A stretch of 64,000 nt of DNA from Neovahlkampfia damariscottae (Eukaryota), in the NCBI GenBank assembly GCA_016618085.1, contig JABLTG010000031.1:1-64000 (forward strand). Reading direction: 5' to 3'. The notes under the pieces were generated by a model that saw nothing but the letters and a program-made list of their open reading frames with translations, did no database searches and had not been told where the DNA came from. A program made the translations under genes and the position numbers. Positions within the stretch are counted from its first letter, which is position 1; each line of letters begins with the position of its first letter. Below, piece by piece: positions 59,051-64,000 of the stretch.

Positions 59051-62000
59051 ATGAGTTCTTTTTCAGTGAAAGATATACTCTCAGGACTAAAATCAAAAGA
59101 TTTAAAACAACAAATTGTTGCTCTAAGTTCACTGTCCTCAGTTGAAAAAAAGCTTATAAAACAAATTCCAAAAGATGTTATTAAATTAATGGTTGATCTT
59201 TTAGCAAACTCAGAAAAGAAACCATTAACTGTTTCATGTTTAACCTCTTTTGCTCATCTTTCAACTTTCGACGCTCTCAAACTTACAATTGGACAACAAG
59301 GTGGTATCGCTGCTATTTTACCTCACACTTACTCAAATGACTCAACTGTACAAAAACAAGCAGTAAGAACACTTCATGAACTTTCAACAAATGGTAAGAA
59401 AAAAACAAAAAAAATAAAAAAAAAGATAAAAACCACAATTGGATGATTCCTGGATTTGTTCATTTAATTGGATTACTTCAAAGAGAAGAAAAAGAATTAT
59501 ATAAATTGACTAAAGAAATCTTTCTTCGTGTCATTGAAAGCGAAAACAAACTTCCAGAAGACTTTTTCGACGACGATATAATTTTAAGTTTATTTGTAAT
59601 GTTTGATTCACCACTTCAAGAAAAACAGTTCTGTGCACTTGATTTTATATCAAAAATTATAAATAAAAACGAAAAAGATGCCTTATTACTTTGCGAATAT
59701 GGTTGGTCAAAAAAATTAATTAATATTCAAAGGATTACTTGAACATTTAATCATTTTAATGAAATCAAATAATTTAGAAACTGTTACTCTTTCAATTCAA
59801 ATTTTAAAAAATATTTCAAAATTATCGACCAATATCAAAAAATGGACCGGAGAATTTGAATCTATTCCAATATTTTTTGAATTATTAAAAGGAGCAAAAG
59901 GAAATTTTAATGAAATTATTTTAGAAATATTATATAATATTTCAAGAGAAGAAAAAGAATATGAAGAAAGTATTAATGAAAAAGGAGATAAAACAAAAAA
60001 ATTAATATTCAAAAATGAATTATATGATAATAAAAAAGAGATTCATGAACATGGAACATCAGTTTTATTAAAATTTTTAGATGCATCAAAAAATGATAAA
60101 AAAATGGTCAAATATTCAATTGATATCATTGGAAATATAGCAGTTGAAGAAATAACAAAAAAATTAATCACAAAAGAATTAACTAATTTGTTAATTATAC
60201 TCTTAACATCATCCACTGTTACTTTAGAAATTCGAAAATCTGTACATGAAACAATGGCATCATTTGCAAAAGATGAAGCATGTGTTAAAGAATTAGTTGC
60301 ATGTGAAGTTATGAATAAATTACTTAAAATGTTAAAAGAAAAAAGAGAATCATTATTAGCAATGGAATTATTTGCATCATTAAATCAACATCCTTCTTTT
60401 CAAAGAGAAATATTTGAATCATTTGGTTTAGAAGAAATTAAATCATTTTTAAAATCAGAAATTGAAGAAGAAAGAGATAGTGGTTTAAAAGCATTAATAC
60501 CATTTTCATCAACACCAAATGGAAGAATGCAATTATTACAATTGAATATTATGCCAATTTTAAAAGAAATGTATCAAGATGAAAATGAAAATTTAATTAT
60601 TAAAGCAAATGCAAAAACTCTTTATAAGAAATTAAAAAAAGATCAAAGTTTATATGCATTAAATCCAACCAATAATAATGGAACTTATAATCCAAAAGAA
60701 TTTAAATTTGATTTTGATGAAATTCATAGAATTGATAAAGAATTAGTTGAAACAGTTCAAACAGAAGTTAGTAAAAAGTTAGGTGTAAAAAAATTAAGAA
60801 TGCAAGTTAATTGGAGACAAATTGAAAGAATATCAAATATTGAAGAAAAACAAGATGCCATTTATATGTTAGGAAAAGAAGAAATTTGGGAAGAATTTCA
60901 AACTGCAATTGATTTATTTACATTTGATGAAGAAACTGTTCATTCTTTTAACACAAATATTAAATATATAACTATTGAAGTTGATCATTTAAAAGAAGAT
61001 GAAAAATGTATTGAAATTGATGAATTACAAATGAAATATACAATTCCAATTGATGGTGCTTTATTCTCACCAAAACAAATTGCAGCAATGATTTCAATTC
61101 ATTTACTTGATAGAGATGTAACAGAAGAAATTGAAGAAATTGATGAAAAATATCAAATTGCAGTTGAAGAATTAAAAAAAGTATGTAAAGATTCAAGAAT
61201 ACCAATGTTAGGTGATATTAATATTTTATACTTTCATTTATTATTATCTGATAAATTATACAAAGAATCATTTAAAGAAAATCAAGCAATTGCAGTTTGT
61301 AAAAAAGAAGTTTTAGATTCAAATGAAATGTTCTTAAAAGGATGGAAAATTGTAAAATTGAATTCAAAAGGTTTTTCAAATTGTATCATTTCTAATAATA
61401 TTTTGAAGGTTTAAAACAAGAAAGATTATTAATTTTAACTAATTGGAATTATTATACAATTTGTTATGATTATAAAAAAAAGAAAATTGATTATAGTCAT
61501 ACAAAAATGCATCCTTTAGAAGAAATTGATTCAATTGATATTGGTTTATTAAAACCAAAAAATGTATCTAAAGATGATGTTGTTTCAGTTGATGAAAGAA
61601 TTTATTCATTTAATATTTGGACAAATGATGATGCTAAACATCAAGAAACAAATATTAAATTTGATGATGATGATTTTAAAGATAAAAAGAAATTACAAGG
61701 TGGTGTAATTGGTGGTGCAGCACAATCATTCATTGGATCATTTTATAAAAAAGTTGGTACACCAACTATGAGTTCAACAACATCACCTCCTGATTCGCCA
61801 ACAGATGAACCAATTGAAATTGTGACAGATTCAAAAATTGATGAAGTAGATGAAGATTCAGATACTTTATCAATGGGTGATGATTTATTAACTATTAATG
61901 AAGATGATAAAGAAAGAGATAATGATGGATTGAGATCAAATATTTTTGTTGCACCTGGTGAAGCTATTAGATCAAAACAAAAAATGTTAACTGAAGAAAT

Positions 62001-62205
62001 TTCATGGTGTGTTTGGACAGCTGCTTGTTCATTTAAAAGAGCACAATTACATGAACCATTTTATAAGAATGTTGAAAAACCAGAAGGTTCAATTTTAAGT
62101 TCAATTTATAATTCATTGTCTATTGGTTCATCAAAAACAGATACAAAAACAAAACAACCATTGAAAGATGGAAAATCATCACAAAAAAATCAAAATAAAA
62201 AGTAA
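59051..62205 (+). CDS. Armadillo-repeat protein with C-terminal hSac2/PH-like domain (3 introns)
   Basis: ARM-like IGQQGGIAAIL..QKQAVRTLHELS; C-terminal KGWKIVKLNSKG|LKQERLLILTNWNYYTICYD..PLEEIDSIDIG. Confidence 0.65.
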
Positions 62206-62293
62206 TTTTTAAAAGAAAAAAAATAATGTGAAAAAAAAAAAAGATTCTAATAAGAATTTGACCAATCAAAAGAATTTTTGTATTCAATTTTTC

Positions 62294-63655
62294 ATGGACG
62301 TACAAACTTTGTTGAAACAAGATTGGGAATTTGACCCAGAAGATCCAAGTTTTAAGTCAACTGATATCACAGAAAATGATTTAAATCAAGAAGAAATTGA
62401 AGAAGAAGAACAAAGAAAGTTGTTAATTTCTAAAATAAAAAATAGAAAAGAAAATCCATTGAATCCAACTTTATTTGAAGATAATATACTGAAAGATTTC
62501 ATTGAAAGTGAATTATTATTAGATGAAGAATTAAAAAAACCAATGAATGAAATTATAACTGATGTCACTGGTAAAAGTAAAATTGCAAGACAATTTGAGT
62601 ATTATAAAACTGAAAAGGAACGATTACAATTTAAATTAAGATCTTTAACAGTTGATGATAATTTATTCAAAAAAGCAATAAAAGAACTTTTAAAATTTGA
62701 AAAAGAAAATGAAAAAAATGAATTAATTGAATCAAATAATTTCATTACTTTGACTTTAGTTTTAGATTTTCCAGTTAGAGAAACACATGATTATATTAGA
62801 GTTCCAATTGAATATTCATTATTTTCAACTACAGGTCAAATGGATATTTTTGTCGTTGTTTCAGATGAAAAAGTTGAAGAATATCAAAAAATTTTAGAAG
62901 ATAATTATAAACTTGGTGAATTTGAAGTAGTTTCAGCTACAGATTTTTACAAATTATATCAAAGTTATGTTCAAAAAATTAGACTTTTAAATTCATATGA
63001 TGCATTCTTTCATGATAATACTTTAGACGAAGAAAGAGTTAAAGCATATTTAGGTGCTAAATTTAGATCAAAAAAAAAATTTCCACAAGTATTTGATTCA
63101 GAAAATGGCGCTTCAAATTTATTGGACATTGTTAACAGCTCATATAAATCAACAATTTTAAGTTTAGAAAAAGGTCATACTTCAATTGAAATTAAAATCG
63201 GAAGAACAAATATGAGAGAAATCGATATTCATGAAAATTTAAGAATAGTTTTAAAAAAAGCACCTATGCCAACTGATGTAGTAAAAATGTTCTTGAAAAC
63301 TTCAAATTCACCTGCTTTATGTATTTTTGCAGGAAATCCAAAACCATTTTATGTAACTAAACAATTCAAAAAAGAAAAAAGTTTTGTTCCAACAGAAAAA
63401 GAAGAAGAAATTTTAACACCATTCAAAAAGACAAGAGAAGAACCAAAAGATGTTGAAAAGAAAACTGATGATGTTCCTGTTTTAAAAAAAGTTGATAAAA
63501 TTGTGAAACAAAAAAAAATGACTGAAAAAAAAAAACAACCAAAAGTATCAGCAGTTGTTCAACAAGAAACAGTAGAAGTTCCAGCAGCAACAAAAACAAC
63601 TGTAGCTGTTTCAACTGAAAAAAAGAAAAAAAAAAAAAAGAAAAAAAAAGAATAA
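62294..63655 (+). CDS. RSL1D1: Ribosomal L1 domain-containing protein (RSL1D1/CIC1/UTP30-like)
   Basis: LLNSYDAFFHD..LGAKFRSKKKFP..IKIGRTNM..IHENL..LKTSNSPALCIF; Lys-rich tail. Confidence 0.85.
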   Translation: MDVQTLLKQDWEFDPEDPSFKSTDITENDLNQEEIEEEEQRKLLISKIKNRKENPLNPTLFEDNILKDFIESELLLDEELKKPMNEIITDVTGKSKIARQFEYYKTEKERLQFKLRSLTVDDNLFKKAIKELLKFEKENEKNELIESNNFITLTLVLDFPVRETHDYIRVPIEYSLFSTTGQMDIFVVVSDEKVEEYQKILEDNYKLGEFEVVSATDFYKLYQSYVQKIRLLNSYDAFFHDNTLDEERVKAYLGAKFRSKKKFPQVFDSENGASNLLDIVNSSYKSTILSLEKGHTSIEIKIGRTNMREIDIHENLRIVLKKAPMPTDVVKMFLKTSNSPALCIFAGNPKPFYVTKQFKKEKSFVPTEKEEEILTPFKKTREEPKDVEKKTDDVPVLKKVDKIVKQKKMTEKKKQPKVSAVVQQETVEVPAATKTTVAVSTEKKKKKKKKKKE

Positions 63656-63684
63656 AGCGTCATATAATTTTTAGAGAGAAATAT

Positions 63685-64000
63685 TTATTTTAACCAAAGT
63701 TTCAATCGATAAGCATCTCCTCCACTTAAATAATATTTATGTAATTTTTTATCTCTAACAAAACCCAATTTTTCATACAGGTATAATGCTGCTCCATTGA
63801 AAGTTTCAGTTTCCAATACAACTTCGTCAGCTCCTTCTTTAATCATAGTTTCAATTGCAAGATTTACTAATTTCTTTCCAATTCCTCTTTTTCTATAAGC
63901 TTGATCAACAGCAAGCCTATTTGATTAAAAAAAATAATTAAATTTTTATACATTGCAATATAACCACGTTCTCTACCATTTTTATGTTTGTCCAATTTTG
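63685..64000 (-). CDS. NAA30: N-alpha-acetyltransferase 30 (NatC catalytic subunit), 3' part
   Basis: [61 protein letters not shown]. Confidence 0.93.

Noticed and set aside
1..64000. Alternative genetic code or stop-codon readthrough to explain fragmented ORFs
   Set aside because: Nearly all breaks resolve as short GT-AG introns, and TAA, TGA and TAG all end conserved genes.

Overview
Very AT-rich, extremely gene-dense EUKARYOTIC nuclear DNA. It uses the standard genetic code, has tiny GT-AG spliceosomal introns (mostly about 28-45 nt) and shows CCAAT boxes just upstream of many start codons. The ORF track fragments most genes because of the introns; about 40 genes or pseudogenes can be rebuilt by hand. 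Conserved genes include RRP42, glutamine synthetase III, exportin-4, ARHGAP39-like, UNG, DONSON, Nup98-like, MsrB, MAF1, importin-alpha, KMO, a CDC34/UBE2G-type E2, RBBP4/MSI1, RSL1D1 and NAA30. Gene content (7TM-RGS, RWP-RK, GSIII, AlkB-like) suggests a free-living protist, possibly a heterolobosean amoeba (inference only). Most notable: (1) one spliced gene (34101-36209) fusing an ESCRT-III IST1-like domain to a monoacylglycerol-lipase fold that has an SH3 domain inserted into it and lacks the catalytic serine; (2) a Ras-like gene (26521-30951) split in three by two independent insertions, one with an exact 8-bp target-site duplication and captured fragments including a Harbinger-type transposase piece, the other with 27-bp asymmetric subterminal inverted repeats and a SAP-domain remnant; (3) a Fanzor/TnpB-like remnant with a hairpin-rich tail at the left edge; (4) an intron-containing AlkB-type alkane monooxygenase. 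All family assignments come from motif recognition by eye; no searches were run.
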